NCBI GenBank assembly: GCA_028710405.1
Contig: JAQTUD010000004.1
Location: 1 to 34,173, forward strand
Source of the DNA: Candidatus Omnitrophota bacterium
GTDB taxonomy: Bacteria; Omnitrophota; Gorgyraeia; Gygaellales; Profunditerraquicolaceae
Direction: 5' to 3'
Length of the DNA: 34,173 bases
Shown here: piece by piece, positions 9,263 to 17,671 of the stretch
Layout: the number at the start of each line of letters is the position of its first letter
Position numbering within the stretch: the first letter of the stretch is position 1
Translations under genes and position numbers: made by a program
Notes under the pieces: model-generated
Told to the model about the DNA's origin: nothing
The model's database searches: none
Seen by the model: only the letters and a program-made list of their open reading frames with translations

Positions 9263-9673
9263 ATGCTGGAGATGGAATTAAATAAGATCGTCATTGATGA
9301 GAAGAGGCACGATCAGCTCATCGTCTTAAAAGAGAAGAACGGCAACCGCATCCTGCCGATTGTTATCGGCTTGGCTGAGGCCTCGGCGATAAAATTAAAG
9401 ATCAGCGGTTTTACTCCCGCGCGCCCCTTAACCCACGACCTGCTGCATACTACCATAGAAAACCTGGAAGCCAGCATTGACAAGATCATCATCGACAAAT
9501 TAGAAGAGAGCACTTTTCACGCCAAGATCCTGCTGAAGACCGCAAGCGGCGCGATCAAAACCATAGATGCCCGCCCATCAGATAGCATCGCCCTGGCGGT
9601 GAGGGCGCATGCGCCGATATTCGTAGAAGAAGAGATTATTAAGCAGTCGGAGATTTTTAATAAAGAGAAATAG
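9263..9673 (+). CDS. Bifunctional nuclease family protein (DUF151/BFN domain)
   Basis: LPIVIGLAEASAIKL...PARPLTHDLL...KTIDARPSDSIALAVR is characteristic of DUF151. Confidence 0.7.
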   Translation: MLEMELNKIVIDEKRHDQLIVLKEKNGNRILPIVIGLAEASAIKLKISGFTPARPLTHDLLHTTIENLEASIDKIIIDKLEESTFHAKILLKTASGAIKTIDARPSDSIALAVRAHAPIFVEEEIIKQSEIFNKEK

Positions 9674-9683
9674 TTTGCGGGTA

Positions 9684-9824
9684 CCGAGGTTTGTTTTCGC
9701 AGCACCGCTCCATTTTCCCCACCGTGGAAAATGTCGCTTGGTGTTTATGCTCGCTCGCCCTCAGCTTGCGCTTCGGGCACCATGGCCGCTCGCATAAACA
9801 ACATGCTGCTCAAATCAAACCTCG
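9684..9824. other. About 140-nt branched inverted-repeat structure in the intergenic region; candidate structured RNA
   Basis: ccgaggtttg (9684-9693) pairs with caaacctcg (9816-9824). gtttatgc (9743-9750) pairs with gcataaac (9792-9799). Internal hairpin cattttcc/ggaaaatg (9710-9733). No ORF, no T-run terminator. Confidence 0.3.
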
Positions 9825-9858
9825 CTACCCTTAGTAATGTTAATAAGGTGCAATCTTA

Positions 9859-11310
9859 ATGAAATCCCACTTTGAATTTTCTCTGGAAGAACGAAATCTG
9901 CTCAAAGCTGTTTATAGTTTTGCGAAGACGCACAAAGTAAGGCCGTATATCGTCGGGGGGATATTGCGTGATATCTTACTGGGAAGAGAGAAAGAGAACC
10001 CAGATATAGATTTCTGTATCAAAAAAGGAGCGATAAATTTCGGTAGGCAGTTAGCCAGAGAGATAAAAGCGGGATTTGTAGTTTTGGACAAAGAGCATGG
10101 GGCCTGCCGCTTGGTCAGGAAGGCAAAGGATAAGATCTATACACTGGATTTCACGGATTTTCGCGGCAAAGATCTGGAAGATGACCTGCGCCACCGGGAT
10201 TTTACCATTAATGCCCTGGCCCTGGAGTGGCCGCGAGGGACGCTTATTGACCCTTGCTCCGGAGCCGCTGACCTTGCTAGAAAAATAATCAGGGTCCCTG
10301 ATAAGGGCGCGTTTATAGAGGACCCTTTAAGGATATTACGCGCTTTTAGTTTCTCCTCTCTGTTAGGTTTTAAAATCCAGAAGGAGACCCTCCATCTGGC
10401 GCGGCAAGCAAAAAAACTGCTCTCTAAAGTTTCTTGCGAGCGCATCCGCGATGAACTATTTAAATTGCTGGATAGCCGCAATTCTTATGAATATTTTCAG
10501 GCGTTAGATAAGTTGGGGATACTAAAAATTATCCTGCCGGAGATCGAGTTGATGCGTGGGGTGGCTCAAGGCCCGTATCATAATCTGGGAGTTTGGGAGC
10601 ATTCCCTGGAGGCGTTAAGGCAGTTTGAGGCGGTTGTTGAAGAATTCAAGAAGAACAGCTTCATCCATGCGCACCTTGAAGAAGAGATCTCTTGCCTCCG
10701 GCCGCGCCGATCTCTAATAAAATTGGCTATGCTTTTGCATGATGTGGGTAAGCCCGGCACTATGCGCCGGGAGGGTAAGAAACTTACCTTTCATGGCCAT
10801 GAGCACCTAAGTTGGGATATCGGCGTAGAGATCGCTCGGCGCCTGAAGCTTTCCAATGATGAATTAGACGCTTTGCGTAAGATGATCGTTAATCATCTGC
10901 GTCCCGGGTATCTGGCGGATCAGGGAATACTTACTCCTCGGGCGAAATTCCGTTATTTTCGCGATACCGGCATAGAGGCGCCAAGCGTATTATTGATCTC
11001 TCTGGCTGACCAGCGCGCCACCCGCGGCCGTCTGACCACTAAAGAATCGCGCGCCAGGCATGAGAAGACAGTCTCTGTTCTTTTAAGGGAGTATTTTAAA
11101 CAGAGGGGCCAGAAGAAAGTAACCCGCCTCTTAAACGGCGATGACCTGATCAAGATCTTTAAATTGCAACCCTCGCCTTTGATCGGAAGGATCCTCTCGG
11201 AGATAGAAGAGCTGCAGGCCATAGGCAGGATTAAAAATAAGGACGGGGCGCTGAAAATTTCCGCGGGGTTGATCAAAAAGACGAAGGCCAAAAATGAGAA
11301 AAAAGAATAA
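9859..11310 (+). CDS. cca: CCA-adding tRNA nucleotidyltransferase with HD domain
   Basis: PolyA-polymerase head domain YIVGGILRDILLG...DIDF, tRNA-NT region, HD motif MLLHDVGKP. 483 aa. Confidence 0.85.
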   Translation: MKSHFEFSLEERNLLKAVYSFAKTHKVRPYIVGGILRDILLGREKENPDIDFCIKKGAINFGRQLAREIKAGFVVLDKEHGACRLVRKAKDKIYTLDFTDFRGKDLEDDLRHRDFTINALALEWPRGTLIDPCSGAADLARKIIRVPDKGAFIEDPLRILRAFSFSSLLGFKIQKETLHLARQAKKLLSKVSCERIRDELFKLLDSRNSYEYFQALDKLGILKIILPEIELMRGVAQGPYHNLGVWEHSLEALRQFEAVVEEFKKNSFIHAHLEEEISCLRPRRSLIKLAMLLHDVGKPGTMRREGKKLTFHGHEHLSWDIGVEIARRLKLSNDELDALRKMIVNHLRPGYLADQGILTPRAKFRYFRDTGIEAPSVLLISLADQRATRGRLTTKESRARHEKTVSVLLREYFKQRGQKKVTRLLNGDDLIKIFKLQPSPLIGRILSEIEELQAIGRIKNKDGALKISAGLIKKTKAKNEKKE

Positions 11311-13759
11311 AGTCCTGATCATTGTTTTTCTTTTTATCCTGCTCTCAGGTATCGTGACCGTTTATCTGAATAAGATAGTCCTACCCACAAAGATTAAATC
11401 CCTGGTCATAGACAATATCGCGCAGGTAACGCGTAATAAAGTTACCCTGGATTCGCTGCAGTTCAATCTCTTCAAGGGCATAATTTTTAAAAACCTGGAT
11501 ATCTACGATGGCGAAGTCCCCGTAATTAAGATAGAGGAGGCGCGCTGCTCTTTCTTTATCATACCCATCTTTAAGAAGCAACTGGTCATCCCATCTATCA
11601 GGTTTAAATCCCCCCGGATAATTTTAATTCATAAAGAGAACCATACTTTTAATCTCCAGAGTTTATTCTCTCCCGACGCCGTAAAAAACAAAAATCCCGG
11701 TTTCAAGGTCATCGTGACCAGGATAGTGGTTACAGACGCCAGTATCCATTTTCAGGACCAGGCGCTGGCTGAGCCTTTTGAGAAGGATATAGAAGGCCTG
11801 AATTTGAACCTGCATTTAGGTCTGCCTGCCGACGTCAAGTTCAGCCTGAACGCGCGCCTGGCCACGCATAACCTGCCGCCTACGCAAGCCAAACTGGCGG
11901 GGAGTTTTTATATTCCCAATCATCAGCTTAAGGCCAGGATACTTTTACAGAATCTGGCCGTCCAGGATTTTGCCCCATATTACCGTAAGTTAGGTATCAA
12001 TATAACTGAAGGCATAACTGATGCGCGTATGGACCTGGGTCTAGCTGATGGCCTGGTTTCCCTGACCCTGGCGACGCAAAGTAAGGCCTTGGGGCTGACA
12101 CAGCAGGATATGCAGGCTAAGCTGGGATTAGAAGTTGAGGCTGACATTAAATATAACCTAAAAGATAAGCTGGTCAGTTATTCCGGCACAGCCAATATCA
12201 CCGGCGGTGCGGTAGAAGGGCTGGCCTTTATTAATGAGCTAAAGGATATCAACGGCCAATTGGCATTTAACCAGTCCGGGGTCACCACGGAAAACTTAAA
12301 AATTAATATCCTGGGCCTGCCGGCGCAAGTCAAGGGTAGTCTTACGGATTTCACCGATCCTCTCCTGAAGGCCAATCTCACTTCTTCATTGGATATGAGC
12401 GTATTGCAGGCTATGGCAAAAGAAAGATTTAATTTTAGCCCCGGCGCCCAGATGCAGGGCACAGGGAACCTGAATCTTGACCTGCAGGCCAAGATTCTTC
12501 CGGCGCTGGGATTGCGCGTGAGCGGGTACCTGGATGTTGTTGATTCAAAGGTAACCCCGGATAAGGGGTTATCCGCTATCGAGAATATTAACGGGAGGCT
12601 GGAGTTTACCCAAAGCCAGTTGAAATGGCAGGGATTGAATTTAAAATACCTGGGCCTGCCTTACCAGGCTTCCGGCACCCTGACCAATTTTACTAATCCC
12701 AATGTGCAACTCTCTCTATCCGGCCCTGAGCTTAATCTGGACTGCGCGTTTTTGGTCACCAATGGCCTATTTAATTTTTCTAAATTCAGCGGTAAATTCG
12801 GGGCTTCGGATTTCTCTTTACAGGGGACCCTTGATACTGCCCGGCAGCCGGATCTGGCGGCAAATATAAAAGGCAGTCTGAATGTGGACCTGGCAGATAT
12901 GAAAAAATTTATGCCGCAATTTAAAGAGGTGTTGGATAAAACCAGCCTGCAGGGAGTAGTGGCGGGGCAATTTAGCCTCAGAGGTAACCTGAATGATTTT
13001 AAGTCCTGCCTGGCACAGGCAGACCTATCCGCCCCATCTCTATCCGCCTGGGGTTTAAAAGGGCAAGATTTGACAGTTGAGCTTAGCCAATCGGCAGGGA
13101 TACTGGATATCCCTTCCGCGCAACTATCTTTTTATGAAGGATTGATAAATGCTTCCTTTAGCACTAACCTGAATACTCCCGGCCAGCCATATCAGTCATC
13201 CATTCAGGCGCAGGGGATAAAGATCGAGAAGTTAAAAAATGATACACCCTTTAAAAAAGAGGACATCTCCGGGGCCATCCAGGCTGAGGCCAGACTGAAT
13301 GGTTCTTTGAACGATCCGGATAGATTAAGCGGTTCCGGGAAAATCATCATTACCGACGGAAAGCTATGGCAGCTAGACCTATTTAAGGGGTTGGGGGCAA
13401 TACTTTTTGTCAAAGATTTTGCCAATATTATCTTTGAAGAGGCTTCCTGTTCTTTTCTGGTGCAGGATAAATATGTATCAACCCAGGACCTGCAGTTTAA
13501 GAGCAATATCGCCAATCTGTCCGGGACAGCAAAGGTCGGCTTTGACAGCACTATTGATGCCGCCTTAAATGTGCAGGTCTTGGATGAAGGAGCGCCTTTA
13601 ACCGGAACTTTCCGGGATATTACCACGGCTATCGTAGGGCAGGCAGGCAGGTTCGGGGTGATAAGAATAACCGGCACGTTGGGGGCACCGAAGTATAATT
13701 TCCAGACCGCGGTGTTGGATCTTTTTAAAGGGTTAAAGGGCGCTATTTTCGGGAGATAA
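11294..13759 (+). CDS. AsmA/TamB-like envelope biogenesis protein (N-terminal TM anchor, long beta-rich periplasmic domain)
   Basis: 821 aa. Single N-terminal TM (VLIIVFLFILLSGIVTVYL), then repetitive ...LxGxLxL... segments typical of the AsmA-like/DUF748 family. No catalytic motif. Confidence 0.5.
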   Translation: MRKKNKVLIIVFLFILLSGIVTVYLNKIVLPTKIKSLVIDNIAQVTRNKVTLDSLQFNLFKGIIFKNLDIYDGEVPVIKIEEARCSFFIIPIFKKQLVIPSIRFKSPRIILIHKENHTFNLQSLFSPDAVKNKNPGFKVIVTRIVVTDASIHFQDQALAEPFEKDIEGLNLNLHLGLPADVKFSLNARLATHNLPPTQAKLAGSFYIPNHQLKARILLQNLAVQDFAPYYRKLGINITEGITDARMDLGLADGLVSLTLATQSKALGLTQQDMQAKLGLEVEADIKYNLKDKLVSYSGTANITGGAVEGLAFINELKDINGQLAFNQSGVTTENLKINILGLPAQVKGSLTDFTDPLLKANLTSSLDMSVLQAMAKERFNFSPGAQMQGTGNLNLDLQAKILPALGLRVSGYLDVVDSKVTPDKGLSAIENINGRLEFTQSQLKWQGLNLKYLGLPYQASGTLTNFTNPNVQLSLSGPELNLDCAFLVTNGLFNFSKFSGKFGASDFSLQGTLDTARQPDLAANIKGSLNVDLADMKKFMPQFKEVLDKTSLQGVVAGQFSLRGNLNDFKSCLAQADLSAPSLSAWGLKGQDLTVELSQSAGILDIPSAQLSFYEGLINASFSTNLNTPGQPYQSSIQAQGIKIEKLKNDTPFKKEDISGAIQAEARLNGSLNDPDRLSGSGKIIITDGKLWQLDLFKGLGAILFVKDFANIIFEEASCSFLVQDKYVSTQDLQFKSNIANLSGTAKVGFDSTIDAALNVQVLDEGAPLTGTFRDITTAIVGQAGRFGVIRITGTLGAPKYNFQTAVLDLFKGLKGAIFGR

Positions 13760-13764
13760 AATAA

Positions 13765-14613
13765 ATGAAAGAGGGTATGCGCATTATTAAGTGCGGAGTA
13801 ATCCTTGTCATTCTATTCTGGTGCCATTCAGCAAGCGCGGAGGGCGTAATTGATTCATATTTGCGTTATATGCCGGCGCGTGATGCAAGCGCCCAGGCGG
13901 GTAAGGTAGAGATAATAGAGGCAGAGAGTCAGTATGATTATGAATTTAAAGTCCGGGATAAGCTACCAGTTAAGTTCTCTCTAAGCAACAATTATGTGGG
14001 TATAGAGAATACTACTGTTGTTAAACTACCGGCGCATTTGGTGGGATTAAGCGCGGATGCAGAGACCACCTTTCCTTTTTTTACGTTTGAGAATACTTAT
14101 CTGCGTCTGGGGGTCACTCCTTCTTTTTACGGCCAGGATTGGGATTTTCCTGCTTCGGCTTTTCGTATCCCTTCGCGGGCTTTCCTGATTTATCGCCCAA
14201 ATGAGAAATGGACATTCTTAGGAGGCGTGGCTTTTTATCCGAATTTTGAAAACGAGGTCTTGCCTATATTGGGCTTTATCTATAAGCCGAACCAGAAGCT
14301 GACATTTGAGATAGTTCCGAAGAGGCCGAATATCAGTTACGCCCTGAATGAAAAAGCCACTTTATTCACCGAAGCCGGGACCTCTTTCGGTGAATATGAG
14401 GTAGATAAGGATGGCCTTAAGAATGTAGTTTTAAGATACCGCCAGACCCACCTGGGCTCAGGAGTAAAGTATAAATTCAATAGATTTATAGAAGCTTCTT
14501 TTTCCGGTGGAGCGGTATTTGGGCGCTCGCTTAAATACAGGGATGACGCCCTGGGCAAGGTTAATATAAAAGACGCCGGATACGCGGAATTCAGGTTGGA
14601 AGTAAGGATATAA
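13765..14613 (+). CDS. Hypothetical outer-membrane (beta-barrel-like) protein with signal peptide
   Basis: Signal peptide ...LFWCHSASAEG. Alternating amphipathic strands, aromatic-rich, C-terminal ...AEFRLEVRI. Confidence 0.45.
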   Translation: MKEGMRIIKCGVILVILFWCHSASAEGVIDSYLRYMPARDASAQAGKVEIIEAESQYDYEFKVRDKLPVKFSLSNNYVGIENTTVVKLPAHLVGLSADAETTFPFFTFENTYLRLGVTPSFYGQDWDFPASAFRIPSRAFLIYRPNEKWTFLGGVAFYPNFENEVLPILGFIYKPNQKLTFEIVPKRPNISYALNEKATLFTEAGTSFGEYEVDKDGLKNVVLRYRQTHLGSGVKYKFNRFIEASFSGGAVFGRSLKYRDDALGKVNIKDAGYAEFRLEVRI

Positions 14614-14628
14614 AGAGCGGAGGAGAAA

Positions 14629-15312
14629 TTGAAAAAAATAGCGCTGGTTTTATTTTTTTCTGTATTCATCGGCCTGGCTTACGCGGATACGTTATATCTT
14701 AAAAATGGACGTAAGATCACAGGAGTGGTAAAAAGCGAGAATGACCGGGTGGTAGAATTAGAGGTCTGCCGGGGGATAGTAAAATTTAATAAGAGCGAGA
14801 TCGAAAAAATAGAGAGGGCGGCCGCTGAAGAGGTTGAGGTAATGCGCATGAAGTGGGAGGAGAGTGCTGCCGCCTCCCAGGAAAGAATAGTCCAGCAGCA
14901 GGAAAAGATAGAGAAGGCCCCGCGGAGAGTAGATTTTTCACGGGAAGGCCGAGGGATAACTTTAGATGTGTTGTTGAATAAAAAGATAGAGGCCAGCCTG
15001 GTCTTGGATACTGGCGCTTCAGTGGTAGTATTAAGAAAGGGTATGGCGGGGAAGTTGGGGATAGACTTGGATAAGGTCAGGCCGGACGCGAAATTGACCG
15101 TGGCTGACGGACGCCAGGTTGATGCCAAGCACATTATCTTAAAGAGTGTCAAGGTGCAGGGCGTAGAGGCGGAAAATGTGGATGCCGCCCTGATGATGGA
15201 GGAAGTAGGAGACGTTAGTTTCGCGGACGGATTATTGGGGATGTCTTTTTTAAGCAGGTTTAATTTTAAGATCGATAACCAAGAAAAAGAGTTGGTCCTG
15301 GAGAAGTTGTAA
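14629..15312 (+). CDS. Retropepsin-like (clan AA) aspartic protease with signal peptide; TTG start
   Basis: [12 protein letters not shown] active-site D-T-G-A motif in the C-terminal half. N-terminal signal [23 protein letters not shown] 6 nt before TTG. Confidence 0.6.
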   Translation: MKKIALVLFFSVFIGLAYADTLYLKNGRKITGVVKSENDRVVELEVCRGIVKFNKSEIEKIERAAAEEVEVMRMKWEESAAASQERIVQQQEKIEKAPRRVDFSREGRGITLDVLLNKKIEASLVLDTGASVVVLRKGMAGKLGIDLDKVRPDAKLTVADGRQVDAKHIILKSVKVQGVEAENVDAALMMEEVGDVSFADGLLGMSFLSRFNFKIDNQEKELVLEKL

Positions 15313-15728
15313 TGCGTTCATATAGGCAATATTTATGGTTTAATACCGCTGGGCGCCAGGAATTTATCAATATCACCTCCCAGGTGGAAGAAGTGTTGAA
15401 GAAGAGTGGGATAAAAGAAGGGTTATGCTTAGTCAATGCCATGCATATTACCGCCAGTGTTTTTATTAATGATGACGAAGGCGGCCTGCACCAGGATTTC
15501 AGCGCCTGGTTGGAAAAATTGGCTCCTTACGGTAAAGATAAATATAAACATAATTTAAGCGGAGAGGATAACGGGGATAGCCATTTAAAGAGGACGATCA
15601 TGGGCCGGGAAGTGGTGGTGGCGGTTACCGAGGGAAAATTGGATTTCGGGCCCTGGGAACAGATATTTTACGCTGAGTTTGACGGCATGCGCAAGAAACG
15701 CGTGTTGGTAAAGATTATCGGAGAATAG
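15312..15728 (+). CDS. yjbQ: YjbQ/UPF0047 family protein (secondary thiamine-phosphate synthase-like)
   Basis: [26 protein letters not shown]...[35 protein letters not shown] matches UPF0047. TAATG coupling. Confidence 0.8.
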   Translation: MRSYRQYLWFNTAGRQEFINITSQVEEVLKKSGIKEGLCLVNAMHITASVFINDDEGGLHQDFSAWLEKLAPYGKDKYKHNLSGEDNGDSHLKRTIMGREVVVAVTEGKLDFGPWEQIFYAEFDGMRKKRVLVKIIGE

Positions 15729-15730
15729 TA

Positions 15731-16669
15731 ATGAAGATAAAAGATACCGAGATTAAAGTCATCTGTGGCGATATTACGGAATTAAAGGTTGATGCCATTG
15801 TAAATGCCGCCAATAATAAGTTAGTGATGGGCGGGGGAGTGGCGGGGGCGATCAAAAGAAAGGGCGGCAAGAGCATTGAGGATGAGGCGGTAAAAGCTGG
15901 CCCGATAAAGATTGGCGAGGCGGTGGCGACCGGTGCGGGAAACCTGCCGGCCAAATATGTGATCCACGCCGCGACCATGGGGATGGACTTTCAGACCGAT
16001 GAGATAAAGATCCGGGATTCTGCAGCCAGCGCCCTGCGGGTCGCGCGGGAATTAAAAGTAAAATCAATTGCCTTTCCGGCTTTAGGTTGCGGCACAGGAG
16101 GCTTTCCGCTATTGGCCTCAGCAAAGGTGATGGCGCAAGAGGTCTTCCGGCAATTAAAAGAAGAGGAGGTGGGGCTTAAGGAAATAATCTTTTGTCTTTA
16201 TGATAAAGAAGCGCAGGAGGTTTTCCAGAAGGGAGTGATCGGTTACCTGGAATATATCACCCAGAAGTTGCAAAATGGCCCTTTTACCACGGTAGATGCG
16301 ATAATCGAGATTTCCGGGGGGATTGTAATAATTGAGCGCAGCAATCCGCCCTTTGGCTACGCGCTTCCCGGAGGTTTTGTGGATTATGGAGAGAGCCTGG
16401 AGGAGGCGGTAAAGAGAGAGGCCAAGGAGGAGACTAACCTGGATTTAGTGGGCCTGGAACAGTTCCACACTTATTCGGCACCGCAGCGTGACCCGCGTTT
16501 TCACACTATCGGGACGGTATTTATTGCCCAGGGCAAGGGAAACCCCAAGGCTGGCGATGACGCTAAGGCCTTGAAAATAGTGGAGTTAAAAGATATAGAA
16601 AAATTAGATTTTGCCTTTGACCATAAAGAGATCATCCGGGATTATATAAAAGCGGCCGTCTCGCGTTAG
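15731..16669 (+). CDS. Macro domain - NUDIX hydrolase fusion (ADP-ribose processing)
   Basis: N-terminal IKVICGDITELKVDAIVNAANNKLVMGGGVAGAIKRKGG is a macro domain. C-terminal GGFVDYGESLEEAVKREAKEETNL is a Nudix box. Confidence 0.75.
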   Translation: MKIKDTEIKVICGDITELKVDAIVNAANNKLVMGGGVAGAIKRKGGKSIEDEAVKAGPIKIGEAVATGAGNLPAKYVIHAATMGMDFQTDEIKIRDSAASALRVARELKVKSIAFPALGCGTGGFPLLASAKVMAQEVFRQLKEEEVGLKEIIFCLYDKEAQEVFQKGVIGYLEYITQKLQNGPFTTVDAIIEISGGIVIIERSNPPFGYALPGGFVDYGESLEEAVKREAKEETNLDLVGLEQFHTYSAPQRDPRFHTIGTVFIAQGKGNPKAGDDAKALKIVELKDIEKLDFAFDHKEIIRDYIKAAVSR

Positions 16670-16679
16670 GGGACACTGT

Positions 16680-16728
16680 CCCGATTGGATTGGAAACTGT
16701 TTCCCGATTGAAGCGGAAACAGTTTCCC
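16680..16728. promoter_or_regulatory. Tandem 23-bp direct repeat (2 units + partial), each junction forming the palindrome GGAAAC-N-GTTTCC (candidate operator/iteron-like sites)
   Basis: cccgattggattggaaactgttt / cccgattgaagcggaaacagttt / ccc. Palindromes at 16692-16704 and 16715-16727. Located 15-60 bp upstream of the -35 of the promoter at 16744. Confidence 0.45.
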
Positions 16729-16743
16729 AGGGTTTTGGCCTCT

Positions 16744-16771
16744 TGAAAAAAGCGGTAAAATATGTTATACT
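16744..16771 (+). promoter_or_regulatory. Sigma70-type promoter with extended -10
   Basis: -35 TTGAAA (16744-16749), 16-nt spacer, TGt-TATACT (TG 16763-16764, -10 16766-16771). Confidence 0.5.
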
Positions 16772-16777
16772 ATAGGT

Positions 16778-16947
16778 GTAAAAAGACACTTTGACAATTT
16801 GGTAAAAATGTCCTACTGAAAAAGGCAAACTAGCAGTAATGCTGGGGCGCAAAGCGACAGCCCCGACGTAAGTCGGGGGGCTGCGTTGCCAAAGAGGCTT
16901 GAAACCCTAAAGACTGCCTTTAGGGTTTATTTGTTTAGCCCTAAGTT
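16778..16947 (+). ncRNA. Candidate sRNA / structured leader of about 170 nt from promoter to first intrinsic terminator
   Basis: Transcript predicted from the promoter above. Contains an irregular hairpin of about 14 bp capped by GNRA tetraloop gtaa (16848-16891) and a 10-codon uORF (atg 16839..taa 16871). Ends at terminator 16913-16947. Confidence 0.35.
16913..16947 (+). terminator. Rho-independent terminator (11-bp stem + T-rich tail)
   Basis: aaaccctaaag-actgc-ctttagggttt followed by atttgttt. Confidence 0.6.
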
Positions 16948-17001
16948 TGCCTTAAGTTCAGAAAAAAGGTGAATTTAGGGCTTTTTTATTGGTAAAAACC
17001 A
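16947..17001 (+). terminator. Second tandem intrinsic terminator (stem agccctaa/ttagggct, long loop, T7 tail)
   Basis: agccctaa (16947-16954) ... ttagggct (16985-16992), then tttttta tt. Confidence 0.5.
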
Positions 17002-17048
17002 ACCCCACCAGCCACGGAAGGTGTTTTTAGAGAGGGGTCAGATGGTCC

Positions 17049-17072
17049 CGCCCTTTACAAAAGGGCGGGGCG
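17049..17072. promoter_or_regulatory. Perfect 9-bp inverted repeat CCCGCCCTT-tacaa-AAGGGCGGG immediately upstream of the RHH gene RBS (operator candidate or RNA hairpin)
   Basis: Seen directly. Followed by gcgcctGGAGGtgaatagatATG. Confidence 0.4.
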
Positions 17073-17089
17073 CCTGGAGGTGAATAGAT

Positions 17090-17353
17090 ATGAAAGAGAA
17101 GATAAATACCCACAGAGTAGTGACTTTTCTGACCCGGGAAGAATTAGATTTTTTGGATAAGCTGGAGAAGGATATGATGTTCTCCACGGGCAGGCATATC
17201 TCCCGTTCCCAGATCATCCAGGATATGGCCGGCCTGCTCACTGAGACCCAGATGGATGCATCAGGCGTAAAGGATGATACAGAATTACGCAGCAGGATAA
17301 TGCAGGCTATCGCTAAATTAGTCAAGGAAGAACAAGACAAAAACAGGGGGTAG
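17090..17353 (+). CDS. Ribbon-helix-helix (CopG/Arc/MetJ-like) DNA-binding protein
   Basis: HRVVTFLTREELDFLDKLEKDM...GRHISRSQIIQDMAGLL fits a beta-strand / helix A / G-x-S N-cap / helix B RHH pattern. GGAGG RBS. Confidence 0.65.
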   Translation: MKEKINTHRVVTFLTREELDFLDKLEKDMMFSTGRHISRSQIIQDMAGLLTETQMDASGVKDDTELRSRIMQAIAKLVKEEQDKNRG

Positions 17354-17357
17354 GCTG

Positions 17358-17549
17358 ATGAAAACCTACACTGAAGAAGCCAGGTTAAAGACATTAGCGT
17401 CTAAGGGGGGAGTAATGTATTTTCTGGTAGAGAAACCGGACCGGATCTACCGCGGAATGGTCTTATTATCCCCGGCGCACAACCATAACCGCAAGAGGAT
17501 CGTCTGTATGAAGGTATATAAGATAAATGAAGAAGGGAGGGCTAAATGA
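17358..17549 (+). CDS. Hypothetical 63-aa protein, translationally coupled downstream of the RHH gene
   Basis: AGGGGGTAGG RBS. ORF MKTYTEEARLKTLASKGGVMYFLVEKPDRIYRGMVLLSPAHNHNRKRIVCMKVYKINEEGRAK. No recognisable domain. Its stop overlaps the next ATG (ATGA). Confidence 0.45.
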   Translation: MKTYTEEARLKTLASKGGVMYFLVEKPDRIYRGMVLLSPAHNHNRKRIVCMKVYKINEEGRAK

Positions 17550-17656
17550 GGCGTTTTTCCCGTAGATCACACAAGAAGGCCAGAAAGAATGATAAAAAAC
17601 ACACCGGGTTCCTTGAGGCGCTCAGGCTTTATGCCGGTATGCCGGTGGAAGTATAA
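17546..17656 (+). CDS. Basic His/Arg/Lys-rich micropeptide (36 aa), paralog 1
   Basis: MRRFSRRSHKKARKNDKKHTGFLEALRLYAGMPVEV. GGGAGGG RBS 8 nt upstream. ATGA coupling to the upstream ORF. Confidence 0.4.
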   Translation: MRRFSRRSHKKARKNDKKHTGFLEALRLYAGMPVEV

Positions 17657-17671
17657 ACAGGAGGGATAAAA

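Noticed and set aside
10137-10481. 114-aa minus-strand ORF inside cca
   Set aside because: Antisense shadow ORF, Arg/Ser-rich low complexity.
16680-16728. CRISPR-like array
   Set aside because: Only two 23-bp units with about 70% identity by eye, no spacer structure, no cas genes. Interpreted as operator/iteron-type repeats instead.
16778-17089. T-box leader
   Set aside because: No AGGGUGGNACCGCG T-box sequence or specifier-loop architecture is visible.
17358-17549. 63-aa protein as HicA/RelE-type toxin partner of the RHH protein
   Set aside because: No match to HicA (no G-W...GSH pattern) or RelE/ParE core residues by eye. Kept as hypothetical.
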